Positions 18,485 to 29,129 of a DNA stretch of 64,000 bases are shown piece after piece. Numbering within the stretch: the first letter of the stretch is position 1; each line of letters opens with the position of its first letter. Under the pieces are notes generated by a model. That model saw nothing but the letters and a program-made list of their open reading frames with translations, was not told the DNA's origin and searched no databases. The position numbers and the translations under genes were made by a program. The DNA is from Bacillota bacterium (GTDB taxonomy: Bacteria; Bacillota; Clostridia; Christensenellales; JAEXRW01), in assembly GCA_023454175.1 (NCBI GenBank), contig JAEXRW010000037.1, forward strand, positions 5,658 through 69,657. Direction: 5' to 3'.

Positions 18485-19507
18485 ATGAAAAAGATCCTCG
18501 TATTCATCTTTTGCGCCATCTTTGTGATGGTACTGGCGGCATGCGGACCGGCGCCTTCGCCCTCGCCTTCACCAAGCCCGACCGCCACAACTACTCCAGG
18601 CGCAAGCCCGAGTGGCACGGCGGCTGCCGGGGCCCCCCTGGTGGGCATCAGCGTGCCGCAGGCCCCCACAGGCTGGGTGGCTGCAGTGCAGTACTATGCC
18701 GATAAGACAGCCAAGGACCTGGGGCTGAACTACAAGCTCGTTGCGGCGGCGGACCCCAACGAACAGGCGAGCCAGATCGACGAACTGATCAATTTGAAAC
18801 CCAAAATCATCGTACTTTTCCCATCCAATGACCAGGTAGCCGTGGCCGCCCAGAAAATAAAGGATGCCGGCATCATCCTGATCGACTATGACAGGACGAT
18901 CAATCCCACCCAGCCAGACTATTACCTGGCCGGCGACAACTACGGCATGGGCGTGGCAGGCGCCAAGTACATCGCTGAGAAACTCGGCAAAAAAGGGAAC
19001 GTAATGATGGCGGGCTGCGCCGCATATGGCGACGCCGTCAACGGACAGCGCCTCAAAGGATTCCTCGATACCATCAAGACAGAAGCCCCGGATATCAAGA
19101 TCCTCAATAATGGCAACGCATATGACAGCCCGAACTGTGCGCCTGAATCCGGCCTGAAGACCATGACAGACGCGCTGCAGGCCAATAAAAAAATCGATGG
19201 GGTATTTTCCATCGACGACGAGCTTTCGGTAGGATTATACCAGGCAGTGAAGGAGGCAAACAGGACTGACGTGAAAGTCATGACAGGCGGCGGCGGAAAC
19301 CAGTCCTACTTCAAGATCATGCCCACGACACCTGCCGATGTATGGCTGGCAAGCGCATTGTACTCCCCAACCATGATCATCGATTGCGTCAAGAATGCCG
19401 ACAAGCTCATCAAGGGCGAGACCGTTGAAAAGAAGATCATCGTCCCGTCCAAGATCGTGGACAAGAGCAATGTGAACCAGTATTTGGACCCCAGTTCACC
19501 GTATTAA
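18485..19507 (+). CDS. sugar ABC transporter substrate-binding lipoprotein, copy 2 (paralogue of 14536..15552)
   Basis: Lipobox LAAC and a (PS)n/T-rich linker. The mature domain differs from copy 1 at about two dozen of about 290 positions by eye. Separated from the operon by a terminator. Confidence 0.85.
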   Translation: MKKILVFIFCAIFVMVLAACGPAPSPSPSPSPTATTTPGASPSGTAAAGAPLVGISVPQAPTGWVAAVQYYADKTAKDLGLNYKLVAAADPNEQASQIDELINLKPKIIVLFPSNDQVAVAAQKIKDAGIILIDYDRTINPTQPDYYLAGDNYGMGVAGAKYIAEKLGKKGNVMMAGCAAYGDAVNGQRLKGFLDTIKTEAPDIKILNNGNAYDSPNCAPESGLKTMTDALQANKKIDGVFSIDDELSVGLYQAVKEANRTDVKVMTGGGGNQSYFKIMPTTPADVWLASALYSPTMIIDCVKNADKLIKGETVEKKIIVPSKIVDKSNVNQYLDPSSPY

Positions 19508-19542
19508 TCCAGCTACAACTCCAAAAACATCACGGAAAATAG

Positions 19543-19577
19543 AAAGAGGGGAGCAGATATAAACTGCTCCCCTCTTT
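19543..19577. terminator. bidirectional terminator between convergent genes
   Basis: 14-bp stem AAAGAGGGGAGCAG/CTGCTCCCCTCTTT with A and T runs on either side. Confidence 0.7.
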
Positions 19578-19589
19578 TGAGACAATCAA

Positions 19590-20432
19590 TTAAAACACGG
19601 TCTTGAGAAAATTTATGCCTTCCTGGGCAAGGATGTCCTGGGACTTGGCGAGGGGCCTCCACAGGGACACGGCCTTGGCGATCTCAACGATATCGGTGGT
19701 GAAGGATTCAATGATGACGGGGCCATCATAGCCGATCTCGTCAAACGCCTTTTTGATGCCTTTCCAGTCGATATGGTCCTTCCCGGGAGTGCCGCGGTTA
19801 TTGGCGCAGGAGTGGAAGCTGATGAGCCTTTTACCGGCCTTGCGCACCGCATCGGGGATGCTGGGCTCTTCGATATTGGCATGGAAGGTATCGATCAGAA
19901 AGCCGACATTGGACATGCCGAGCTGGTCGAGGAACTCCACGCCCTGGTCTACGGTATTGATGAAGTCGGTCTCGAAGCGATTCAAGGGCTCCACAGCCAA
20001 CTTGACATTTTTCTTTGCCGCGTACTCTGCGACGACATGCATATTTTCCAGCGCCCATTTGGTCTGATCCGCCTTTTCTTTGGGTGTGGTCATGCGCGCC
20101 TTGCCTACGGCGGAGTACATGGGGCCTGCCACGAACGGGGAACCGATCTCGGCAGCGAGATCCGTCATGAATTTGATATAGTCAACGCCTTCGGCACGGA
20201 TGGCGGGATCCTCCGAGCTGATGTCCCGCGTGGGACCAAAAGCGCCGCAGACGGTGACCTGAATGCCGGCTTCCTTTGCCGCTTTGGCTATGGACGGGCC
20301 GTCGATGACTTCGGGCTGCTCCACGCAGACCTCATAGATGTCGAATCCCATGGCTTTGGCTTTTTGGAACTGGTCGAGGGTCTTGTTGCTGAAAGGGGAT
20401 ACCCAGATGAATGAACTGGCGCCGAATTTCAT
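19590..20432 (-). CDS. sugar phosphate isomerase/epimerase (ketose 3-epimerase-like TIM barrel)
   Basis: 280-aa ORF with AVEPLNRFE, IDTFHANIEE and FHSCANNRG motifs typical of xylose isomerase-like TIM barrels. Confidence 0.75.
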   Translation of the reverse strand: MKFGASSFIWVSPFSNKTLDQFQKAKAMGFDIYEVCVEQPEVIDGPSIAKAAKEAGIQVTVCGAFGPTRDISSEDPAIRAEGVDYIKFMTDLAAEIGSPFVAGPMYSAVGKARMTTPKEKADQTKWALENMHVVAEYAAKKNVKLAVEPLNRFETDFINTVDQGVEFLDQLGMSNVGFLIDTFHANIEEPSIPDAVRKAGKRLISFHSCANNRGTPGKDHIDWKGIKKAFDEIGYDGPVIIESFTTDIVEIAKAVSLWRPLAKSQDILAQEGINFLKTVF

Positions 20433-20653
20433 AATTGTGTTCCTCCCAAGTGATTTATTTATGGTTTAAACCAAACCGGCCGACGCCGGCTAAAACAGGC
20501 CATCGAAAAGCATACCCAGCGGGCTTCAAACCAATACGCGAATCCATTCCATGCTATTCACTTATACGTTTAAATCAATTTACATTATACCACCATAACG
20601 AAGGGGCAAACAAGGGACGCAAGAGGTATTGGAATGCCGGAAAAGAAATTGTG

Positions 20654-21451
20654 TCACTGCGAATCCGCCTGCGCCAGGAGCACCTGAACGCCGGCTTCGG
20701 TGATGGCCTGGACATCTGCGGGGTCTATGCCGGAATCGGTTATCAAAGCGGCAAAGTGCTGGACGGCTCCAAACTGGACGAAAGAGGTCTTGCCCAGCTT
20801 GCTGCTATCTGCCAGCAGATATGCCTCGGAGGCAATGGCGATGAGCCTTTCCTTCACCCGGGCCAGATCCATATTGGGCGTAGTAACGCCGCTTTTTAAT
20901 GTGATACCGTTGCAGGCAATGAAAGCCTTGTCCACGTTCAACCCTTCCAGGGAGGAGAGGGTGAGGGGCCCTACGGTGCAGTGGAAATTGGTGCGGATCA
21001 TGCCCCCGGCCAGCAGGATGTGCGCGGAGGACTCCCTTTCCAGGAAGGAGGCTATCTGCATGTCGTTCGTTACGACCGTGAGATCCCTGAAACGCGGGAG
21101 AAGCTGCGCCAGCTCAAAGACCGTGGTACCCGTATCCAGCGCGATGGTATCGCCGTCCCGGATACGGCGTACCGCCTCGAGGGCGATAGCACGTTTTTCC
21201 GCGATGCGCGCGATTTCCTTCTGATAGGAATCGGGCTCAAAACCGGCACGGGAATTACTGATGGCGCCGCCGTGGGTCCTTTTGAGCAGCCCGCGATCCT
21301 CCAGCTCACGCAGGTCACTTCGGATCGTGGCGGGAGAGACATGGAAATGGTCGCAGAGGGCTTCCACGGTGGCAGTGACCTCGCGATTTACCAGCTCCAC
21401 AATCATATGCTGCCGCTCCTCGGCAAACATGCTGTCCTTGGTCCTGCCCAT
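20654..21451 (-). CDS. DeoR/GlpR family transcriptional regulator
   Basis: N-terminal HTH (VEALCDHFHVSPATIRSDLRELEDRGLLKRTHGGA) plus a DeoR C-terminal sensor domain. Start ambiguous (21451 or 21430). Confidence 0.85.
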   Translation of the reverse strand: MGRTKDSMFAEERQHMIVELVNREVTATVEALCDHFHVSPATIRSDLRELEDRGLLKRTHGGAISNSRAGFEPDSYQKEIARIAEKRAIALEAVRRIRDGDTIALDTGTTVFELAQLLPRFRDLTVVTNDMQIASFLERESSAHILLAGGMIRTNFHCTVGPLTLSSLEGLNVDKAFIACNGITLKSGVTTPNMDLARVKERLIAIASEAYLLADSSKLGKTSFVQFGAVQHFAALITDSGIDPADVQAITEAGVQVLLAQADSQ

Positions 21452-21672
21452 GTACACCACCCTTTTCCGATCCTGAAACATTCCAATCAACACTATACCA
21501 AAGTCACGAGCGGTATACAATCAGAAAATACCCAAAAAAGCGTAAAGCAACAAGATATGAGAATAATTTTAGGTTAAAACAATGATATATTAATCGTAAA
21601 CGAAAATATATAGGTGCACAGAACAATAATATATGATAATATTAAAATGCATAAGCAAGGTTTTTTCCTACA

Positions 21673-22722
21673 ATGATAACGAACAACCGGAGGTTAGGAG
21701 ATTTGAGCAAGAAAACGGTATCCATCTGCCTGATCGGCGCCGGCCGGGCGGGTATGATCCACGCAAGGAACTACAAGAACATGGTACCGGGCGCGCGGAT
21801 AGCCGCAGTGGCGGATCCATTTGAAGAGGCGTGCAAAAAGGCGTGCGAAGAGCTGGAGATCGACCGATATTACCTGGATTACAGGGAAGTATTGAAACAG
21901 GCGGATATCGACGCCGTGGTGGTCGTATCCCCCACCAAGTACCACCGGGACATCGTGGTGGACGCAGCGGATGCGGGCAAGCATATCCTGTGCGAAAAAC
22001 CCATGGCGATGAATGAAAAAGAATGCGAAGAGATGATCGAAGCCGCCGAACGCAACCATGTAAAGCTGCAGCTGGGATTCATGCGGCGCTTCGACGAAAG
22101 CTTTGCGGAAGCTAAAAAGGCAATCGACTCCGGGGCTATCGGGGCAGTGGTGGAGATCCGCTCCGTCACAAGGGGCCCATCCAAACCCCAGGAATGGATG
22201 TACGACATCGAGAAGAGCAACGGGCCGCTGGCCGAGGTGAACAGCCACGATATCGACTGCATCCGGTGGCTGGCGGGGAGCGAACTGGAACACGTATACG
22301 CCATCGGCGGGAACTACCGGAACCCTGAGATCAAGGCGCAATGGCCGGATTTCTATGACAATGTGGTGCTCTCGGGCCGGTTCAAAAACGGCATAACAGC
22401 CGTGATCGAGGGCGCTCAATATGTGAAATACGGCTATGACGCACACGTGGAGGTGCTGGGGACGGACGGCGTGATCCATATCGGCAGAAACGACGCATAC
22501 GGCTACCATGTGACCACGAAAGAACTGGGGACGCATACGCCTTTTATCTCCAGCTGGACGACGCTATTCAAAGACGCGTATTTGGCGGAGGACAAGCACT
22601 TCGTGGACTGCATCCTGAACGACAAGACGCCGAGTGTGACCGGGACAGACGGAAAGATGGCCGTCAAAATCGTTAATGCGGGGAACACATCCATTAAAAC
22701 GGGTACAATCGTCAGACTATAA
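21673..22722 (+). CDS. Gfo/Idh/MocA family oxidoreductase (inositol 2-dehydrogenase-like)
   Basis: Motifs IGAGRAG, ILCEKPMA. An alternative TTG start at 21703 follows GGAGGTTAGGAG. Divergent from the DeoR gene. Confidence 0.8.
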   Translation: MITNNRRLGDLSKKTVSICLIGAGRAGMIHARNYKNMVPGARIAAVADPFEEACKKACEELEIDRYYLDYREVLKQADIDAVVVVSPTKYHRDIVVDAADAGKHILCEKPMAMNEKECEEMIEAAERNHVKLQLGFMRRFDESFAEAKKAIDSGAIGAVVEIRSVTRGPSKPQEWMYDIEKSNGPLAEVNSHDIDCIRWLAGSELEHVYAIGGNYRNPEIKAQWPDFYDNVVLSGRFKNGITAVIEGAQYVKYGYDAHVEVLGTDGVIHIGRNDAYGYHVTTKELGTHTPFISSWTTLFKDAYLAEDKHFVDCILNDKTPSVTGTDGKMAVKIVNAGNTSIKTGTIVRL

Positions 22723-22788
22723 ATTAAGAATTAATAATTAATAATTGCGGTATGCCTCCGGCATGATTCTAATATAATGCCGCGGGCA
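22720..22788 (+). repeat. stop-heptad array (AATTAAG AATTAAT AATTAAT AATTGCG) plus hairpins ATGCC-TCC-GGCAT and TGCC-GCG-GGCA
   Basis: The gene stop TAA 22720..22722 abuts unit 1. Units at 22722..22749, hairpins at 22752..22764 and 22778..22788. Confidence 0.85.
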
Positions 22789-22807
22789 GGGATTGGAGAT
22801 AGAGAAT

Positions 22808-23851
22808 ATGCTGGCTGCAAGACTGTACGGACCGATGGACCTGCGATTGGACGAGGTAAAGAAGCCCCAGATCAACCAAGATGAAATCCTTCTGAAAATA
22901 ACGAGCGCTGCGGTGTGCGGCACGGACATACGGATGTACAAAAACGGGTATGCAGGTGTGGACGCAGAGCATCCGCGCATCCTGGGACATGAATTCGGCG
23001 GCGTGATCGAACAGGTCGGCAGCAATGTGCCTTTTTACAAGGAAGGGATGAACGTGGCCCTGGCACCCAACATCGGCTGCGGTACCTGCGACCGGTGTGT
23101 GAACGGTGATTTCCACCTGTGCGACGACTTCCAGGCTTTCGGCGTAACCATGGATGGCGCATTTGCCGAGTACGTAAAGGTGCCTGCCAACGCCATACGC
23201 CAGGGAAACCTTTCACTCGTGCCTGAAGGGGTGGATTCTGAAGAAGTGGCGCTGAACGAACCGCTCTCCTGCGCATACAACGGCTTTCTCAAGTGCGATA
23301 TCCACTCCGGGGACTATGTGCTGATCGTGGGGGCGGGCCCCATTGGCATCATGCACGCGATGCTGGCCAAAATGGGGGGCGCGGCCAAGGTGATCATGAA
23401 CGACATCTCGAAGGAACGGCTGGACGAGTGCAGCGCGATGATCCCGGGGCTCATCACCTACCACGGCAGCGACCTGAAAGGATTCATCCATGGGCAGACG
23501 CGCGGCAGGGGGCTGGACGTAGCGATCACAGCGTGCCCGGTGCCCGAAGTGCAGGCGGCCGTCATAGAAATGATGGGGCTGTGGGGAAGGGTCAATTTCT
23601 TCGGCGGACTGCCCAAGAGCAGGGAGATCGTGCCAATCAACACGAACCTGATCCACTACAAGCAGCTGAACGTGACGGGGACGACGCGCGCGAACGTGGT
23701 GCATTTCCGCAAGACGCTCGGCTTCATCGCCGACGGGCTGCTGGACGTGAAAAAAATGGTGACTGCGCGGTTCCCGCTGAAAGACATCGGAAAGGCGTTT
23801 GAATACGCGGCACAGGCGAAGGGCTTTAAAAACGTCATCACGTTTGATTGA
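22808..23851 (+). CDS. zinc-dependent alcohol/polyol dehydrogenase (MDR family)
   Basis: ATG 22808. Motifs CGTDIRMY, GHEFGG, CGTCDRCVNGDFHLC, GAGPIG. Confidence 0.85.
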   Translation: MLAARLYGPMDLRLDEVKKPQINQDEILLKITSAAVCGTDIRMYKNGYAGVDAEHPRILGHEFGGVIEQVGSNVPFYKEGMNVALAPNIGCGTCDRCVNGDFHLCDDFQAFGVTMDGAFAEYVKVPANAIRQGNLSLVPEGVDSEEVALNEPLSCAYNGFLKCDIHSGDYVLIVGAGPIGIMHAMLAKMGGAAKVIMNDISKERLDECSAMIPGLITYHGSDLKGFIHGQTRGRGLDVAITACPVPEVQAAVIEMMGLWGRVNFFGGLPKSREIVPINTNLIHYKQLNVTGTTRANVVHFRKTLGFIADGLLDVKKMVTARFPLKDIGKAFEYAAQAKGFKNVITFD

Positions 23852-24033
23852 GCAAAAAAAGATGTTACCGGCATGCCGTGAAGAAACACTGTTTCCACCA
23901 GGGAGGCCATAAACATGGGTTTCGATGCGGCAGAATGGAAACCGGAGCGAAACAAAGCAGGTATTTGTGTTAAATCTGAAGAAAACCACTATACATTTTG
24001 CGTCAAATTTGATATGTTTGGGGGTATAAACCA

Positions 24034-25530
24034 ATGCAGTATCTCATCGGCGTAGATATCGGGACACAGGGCACCAAAACGACCCTCTTCGATACCACGG
24101 GAAAAGCGCTGGCCGAAAGTTTCGAGGCCTCCAACCTGATCTCCCCCAAACCGGGCGTGGTGGAACAGGACCCGGGCGAAGTATTTGAATCCGTCATACG
24201 CACCATCAACGACGTGATGGACAAGTCGGGAACAAAACCCGGCGAAGTGGCAGCCGTGGCCTTTGACGGGCAGATGGCGGGCGTGATGGGCATCGACGAA
24301 AACTTCGATGCGGCGACCTACTATGACAGCTGGCTGGACACGCGGTGTGAAACATATATCGAGGTCATGAAAAAGACCGCCCGCAAGCGGGTGGTGGAAC
24401 TGACGGGCTGCCCCATCACGTATGCGCACGGGCCCAAGATCCTGTGGTGGAAGCACGAACGGCCCGAAGCGTATGCAAAGATCAAAAAATTCGTCATGCT
24501 GCAGGGGTACTGCGCGGGCAAGCTCTGCGGCCTGAAGGCAGAAGACGCCTTCATCGACCACACGAATATCCATTTCACAGGGTATGCGGACAACAAGAAC
24601 AAGCAGTGGTCGGATGAGCTGCTGGAAACGTTCCAGGTGGAGAAGGGCAAGATGCCGCAGATCGTGGCACCCTGGAAGGTGGTCGGCGGCGTGGATAAGC
24701 GGTTTGCCGACGAATGCGGGCTGCTCGCCGGAACGCCGGTGGCGGCAGGATGCGGCGACTCGGCCGCAACGAGCCTGGGCGCGGGCATCGTGCGGGCGGG
24801 GCAGGTCTTCGACGTGGCCGGGACGGCTTCCATCTTTTCTTGCTGCGTGGACACGTACGCCCCGGATACGAAGCACGAAGCGATGCTGCAGATGCGTTCG
24901 GTCATCGACGGATACTGGCAGCCGCTGGCCTATATCAACGGCGGCGGGCTGTGCGTCCGCTGGTTCAAGGACAACATCGCACGCAGCGACTACGATAAAC
25001 TCGCAAACGAGGCCGAACAAGTGACGCCGGGCTCGGACGGAATCATCTTTACCCCGCATTTTGCCGGAAGGGTGTGCCCCAACAACCCGTACGTGAAAGG
25101 CAGTTTCATCGGCCTGGACTGGATCCACACACGCGCGCATATGTACCGCGCCATACTGGAAGGGATCGCATACGAATACCGGTTCTACCTGGATGTGCTG
25201 AAGGACCTGGGCGTGGGGAAGGGGTTCAAGGAAGTGTACGCAATGGGCGGCGGGGCGAAGAGCAGGCTCTTCAACCGCATCAAGGCGGACATGCTGGGGC
25301 TGGACTACAACGTGCTGCGCAACAACGATACCGCCACACTGGGCTGCGCGCTCATAGCGGGGCATGCGGCGGGCATATATACTGATATAGCCAAGACCGT
25401 GGAAGGCATGGTGGAGACCGGCGAGCATGTCTCTGCAAAACCCGGCCAGAGCGCGGCATACGACAAGTACTACGAGGCGTACAAGGACCTTTTCGGCGCA
25501 CTCGAAGGCATTTACAAACGATTGAAGTAG
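24034..25530 (+). CDS. FGGY family carbohydrate kinase (xylulokinase-like)
   Basis: N-terminal IGVDIGTQGTK and C-terminal GGGAKS motifs; 498 aa. Confidence 0.85.
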   Translation: MQYLIGVDIGTQGTKTTLFDTTGKALAESFEASNLISPKPGVVEQDPGEVFESVIRTINDVMDKSGTKPGEVAAVAFDGQMAGVMGIDENFDAATYYDSWLDTRCETYIEVMKKTARKRVVELTGCPITYAHGPKILWWKHERPEAYAKIKKFVMLQGYCAGKLCGLKAEDAFIDHTNIHFTGYADNKNKQWSDELLETFQVEKGKMPQIVAPWKVVGGVDKRFADECGLLAGTPVAAGCGDSAATSLGAGIVRAGQVFDVAGTASIFSCCVDTYAPDTKHEAMLQMRSVIDGYWQPLAYINGGGLCVRWFKDNIARSDYDKLANEAEQVTPGSDGIIFTPHFAGRVCPNNPYVKGSFIGLDWIHTRAHMYRAILEGIAYEYRFYLDVLKDLGVGKGFKEVYAMGGGAKSRLFNRIKADMLGLDYNVLRNNDTATLGCALIAGHAAGIYTDIAKTVEGMVETGEHVSAKPGQSAAYDKYYEAYKDLFGALEGIYKRLK

Positions 25531-25850
25531 GCCAGGGCAGCCATATTTCAATACACCGGTACTCCTGAAGCATTACAGCAGCTTCCGGACGCCGGTGTTA
25601 CTTTTAACGGGGAAACCTGATTGATTCGTGCGATATCTTTGCGGTTAATTTGGCACCTACCTGTGTCGCTAAAAACTTGAAATAGCGATGCTATCGAAAC
25701 AGCACTATGCTGTTCCTTCGTTTTTGCTCCTTGGTATATGCCAAATTTCCTCGCAAATCTTATCGCCCTCATTTCAATCAGTGTTTCCCTAATCATCCAG
25801 AATAAAAAGTGGATACTAACAAAACTTATATAATACGGAGGAATCATAAT

Positions 25851-26843
25851 ATGAAACTATCAGCCTTTTCAGTATTGTACAAGGACAAGCCGCTTTCCGA
25901 GGTCCTGGATCTCTTCAAAGGCAAGGGGATCACCCATGCGGAGATCGGCGCGGGCGGATTCATCGGCAAGGACCACTGCAATCCGGCGCAGCTGCTGGCG
26001 GACAAGAAGGCACGGGAAAAATTCCACGACCTTTTCAAGAGCAGGGACATGACCATCTCCAGCCTGAGCTGCCACGGCAACCCCGTGCACCCGCAGAAAC
26101 AGCTGGCGCAGAGCTACCACCAGGACATCAAGGAGGCCATCGACCTGGCCGCGCTGCTGGGCGTGGAACGTATCGTGACATTTTCCGGCTGCCCGGGGGA
26201 CAGCGACCATTCGCTTTACCCGAACTGGCCGGTATCGCCCTTCCCGGAGGACTTCCAGGCTGTGGTGAACTGGCAGTGGGAGAAAAAACTCATCCCCTAC
26301 TGGAAGGAGATGGGGAAATACGCCGAGGACAAGGGCGTGAAGGTGGCGATGGAGATGCACGGCGGCTATTCCGTCCACACTCCTTTCACCGCCATCAAAA
26401 TGCGGAGGCTAACAGGCTGCAAGGCGCTGGGCGCAAACCTGGACCCGAGCCACATGTGGTGGCAGGGCATCGACCCGGCGGAGGCGGCGCGCTACCTGAA
26501 CAAGGAAGGCTGCCTGTATTTCTTCCATGCAAAGGACGCGTTCATCGACCCGGCGTATGTATCCTACTACGGCGTGACGGATATGCAGAGCTTCGGCGTG
26601 GCATACGGAAGGGGCTGGCAATTCCGTACGGTGGGATTCGGGCACGACCTGAAAGAATGGTCAAATATTTTCAGCGTCTTGCGCGCTACTGGATATGACG
26701 ATATAATAAGCATAGAGCATGAAGATTCGTATATGTCGGTGGAGGAAGGGCTGGAAAAGGCGGTCAACAACCTGAAACAGGTGATGATCTTCGAGCCTGC
26801 GTCCGCACCCAAGGCCTTTAACCTGGATGAGCGGTTTATCTGA
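25851..26843 (+). CDS. sugar phosphate isomerase/epimerase (xylose isomerase-like TIM barrel)
   Basis: ATG 25851 follows GGAGGAA. Paralogue of 11020..12000 (shared GNPVHP, LIPYWK, DPSHMWWQGIDP, SIEHED). Confidence 0.75.
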   Translation: MKLSAFSVLYKDKPLSEVLDLFKGKGITHAEIGAGGFIGKDHCNPAQLLADKKAREKFHDLFKSRDMTISSLSCHGNPVHPQKQLAQSYHQDIKEAIDLAALLGVERIVTFSGCPGDSDHSLYPNWPVSPFPEDFQAVVNWQWEKKLIPYWKEMGKYAEDKGVKVAMEMHGGYSVHTPFTAIKMRRLTGCKALGANLDPSHMWWQGIDPAEAARYLNKEGCLYFFHAKDAFIDPAYVSYYGVTDMQSFGVAYGRGWQFRTVGFGHDLKEWSNIFSVLRATGYDDIISIEHEDSYMSVEEGLEKAVNNLKQVMIFEPASAPKAFNLDERFI

Positions 26844-26913
26844 ACCGGAAACAAACCGATCAGGCGGGGATAGACGCCATCTTCATGTACATGAAAATAT
26901 GGAGGAATATCCC

Positions 26914-27606
26914 ATGGTACTGACCACTGCCGATGTAGCGAAAATGCTGGACCTGAGCTGCGTGCGGATGCACCACACCGCCGACGACATCCACAAGATG
27001 GTCAATGCGGCCAAGGAATACCGGTGCGGGCAGGTATCCGTACTGCAGTGTTATATCGGCCTGACGAAGGAACTGCTGAAAGGGGACAAGGACATCCACG
27101 TGGTGGGGAACATCAGCTTCCCATCGGGCTCGGACATCACCGAACTCAAGGTGTTCCATGCAAAACAGATGGTGAAAGCCAAATGCGACGAGGTCGACAT
27201 GGTGATGAACATAAACTTCCTGAAATCCGGGATGTACAGGGAAGTTGAAGAAGATGTGAAGGCCGTCCGAAAGGCTGTAGGGAATATCCCCATGAAGGTC
27301 ATCATCGAGTCGCCCATCCTGGACAAGGAACTCATAAAGAAAGCCTGCGAGATCTGCATGAACGCGAAGGCTACATTTGTGAAGACGGGCACAGGCTGGA
27401 CCGAACCCACGACGCTGGAACAGGTGCAGTACATCAAATCCATCGTGGGGGACAACATCTTCATCAAGGCTTCGGGCGGCGTGAAAAACCTGGACCTGCT
27501 GGCGGAGATGTACCGGGCCGGCGCGAGGCGTTTCGGCGTGAACCTGCGCGGGGGCATCTCCCTGCTGGAGGAATGCAAGGCGCGGGGCGGAAGCATCGAG
27601 ATCTAA
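26914..27606 (+). CDS. deoxyribose-phosphate aldolase family (class I aldolase)
   Basis: ATG 26914 follows GGAGGAA. DeoC landmarks EVDMVMNI, KVIIE, Schiff-base region FVKTGTGW, KASGG. Confidence 0.75.
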   Translation: MVLTTADVAKMLDLSCVRMHHTADDIHKMVNAAKEYRCGQVSVLQCYIGLTKELLKGDKDIHVVGNISFPSGSDITELKVFHAKQMVKAKCDEVDMVMNINFLKSGMYREVEEDVKAVRKAVGNIPMKVIIESPILDKELIKKACEICMNAKATFVKTGTGWTEPTTLEQVQYIKSIVGDNIFIKASGGVKNLDLLAEMYRAGARRFGVNLRGGISLLEECKARGGSIEI

Positions 27607-27625
27607 TAAAGCTAACAGATACATG

Positions 27626-27658
27626 AAGCGCAAGGGGTGCGTGCCACCCCTTGCGCTT
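27626..27658 (+). terminator. 14-bp GC-rich stem-loop after the aldolase gene
   Basis: AAGCGCAAGGGGTG/CACCCCTTGCGCTT checked by hand; only a weak U tract follows. Confidence 0.5.
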
Positions 27659-28028
27659 GCTTATACCCGCGGACATACCGCCAGGATGAACCCCTGTGAT
27701 GGTGGCACCCACCATGCCGGCATACGTCATAAGTGCCGATGCAGCGGCGCGGGCGGAGTTTCCCTCCGCCGGGATGATAAAGCGCGAGCCATAGGCATAT
27801 CAAATTACTGTTTTCTGACAATAAACCAACAATAATGAACGATTTACAAGGCACCTATACATTGACATGATATCCTGCAAATGATAAACTTATTATAACG
27901 TCCTTACGACTATACCATTTTGCATAATATGTGTACACTTACAGAAAGATAATGAAAAAACAATTTTTCGTAAAACGCGCCATTCTTTTGCGTTTAATAT
28001 CATAACAGCATCGGGAGGGATAACAAGA

Positions 28029-29003
28029 ATGAAGATCGGACTTTTTTCTGCAACGTACCTGGACAAGAGCCTGGAAGAGACCTGCGCCATGGCTTCCAAA
28101 TACGGCTATGAGGCCGTGGAACTCCCCGCCTTCTCCGGGAACCCCCACCTGGACATCGAAAAAGCCGTAAGCGACAAAAATTACCGTGAGCAAATCAAAA
28201 AGGCGGTATCCGCCAACGGACTCATCATTTCTGCACTGAGCAACCATCCTGAAGGACAGATCACACTGGGACCATACGGCGAAGACACCGACGCCATCTT
28301 CAAAGGCACCCGCGAAGAAAAAATCAAATTCGGTACCGAACGCATGATCAAGACGGCCCAGGCGGCAAACGCCCTGGAAGTGCCCGTGGTATGCGGCTTC
28401 ATCGGCTGCGAGAATTTCGGCAGGTTCTTCAACTGGCCCTGGTCAAAGGGCTGGGCCAAGATGGAGCAGGATTTCGTAGAGATCTGGAGCCCCATCCTGG
28501 ACAAATTCGGCGAATACGGCGTGAAATTTGCCCATGAGCCCCATCCCAATGAACTGGTTTATGACGTTGACACGGCTGTGCGCGCGGTGGAACTGCTGGG
28601 CGGACGCAAGGAGTTTGGCTTCAACTTCGACCCGGCCAACCTGACCTACCTGGACATCAAAGTGGAAGTATTCCTCGACGTGCTCAAAGACCGGATATTC
28701 CACGTGCATGCCAAGGACGCCGAAGTGGTGGACCACAACCTGCAGCGCAGCGGCCGTATCCCGCAGGGCGACTGGCAGCGGCTGGGCAGGGGCTTCCGCT
28801 TCCGCATCCCCGGCTGGGGCGATGTGCCGTGGAAGAAGGTCATCACCGAACTTTCCATGATCGGCTACAACTACGTGATGAGCTACGAGCACGAGGACGT
28901 CACGATGAGCCGCCAGGACGGCATCGAAAAGACCATTGCGTACCTCAAACCGCTGATGATCCAGGCGCCGTACGAGGGCCGCAACGACGTATTGTTCAAC
29001 TGA
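28029..29003 (+). CDS. sugar phosphate isomerase/epimerase (xylose isomerase-like TIM barrel)
   Basis: RBS GGGAGGG. Motifs HEPHPNE, NFDPANL, HVHAKD, SYEHEDVTMS. Confidence 0.75.
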   Translation: MKIGLFSATYLDKSLEETCAMASKYGYEAVELPAFSGNPHLDIEKAVSDKNYREQIKKAVSANGLIISALSNHPEGQITLGPYGEDTDAIFKGTREEKIKFGTERMIKTAQAANALEVPVVCGFIGCENFGRFFNWPWSKGWAKMEQDFVEIWSPILDKFGEYGVKFAHEPHPNELVYDVDTAVRAVELLGGRKEFGFNFDPANLTYLDIKVEVFLDVLKDRIFHVHAKDAEVVDHNLQRSGRIPQGDWQRLGRGFRFRIPGWGDVPWKKVITELSMIGYNYVMSYEHEDVTMSRQDGIEKTIAYLKPLMIQAPYEGRNDVLFN

Positions 29004-29129
29004 AAAATATACAGAATTCAACAATAAAATATTGGAAATTGCCATGGAGACGGTTATAATACTGTAAATGGCAATTCAAATGGAACAGCAACCAATAATT
29101 TGAATACTGAATACGGAGTGACATGAAAA

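Noticed and set aside
23989-25551. 520-aa minus-strand ORF
   Set aside because: It is antisense to the FGGY kinase gene, which has clear kinase motifs. The reverse frame is R/H/A/V-rich with no motif.
25548-25847. 99-aa minus-strand ORF in the gap between the FGGY kinase and the TIM-barrel gene
   Set aside because: It has no RBS or motif, and the region contains a probable terminator hairpin (about 25698..25725) and promoter-like AT-rich sequence for the downstream gene.
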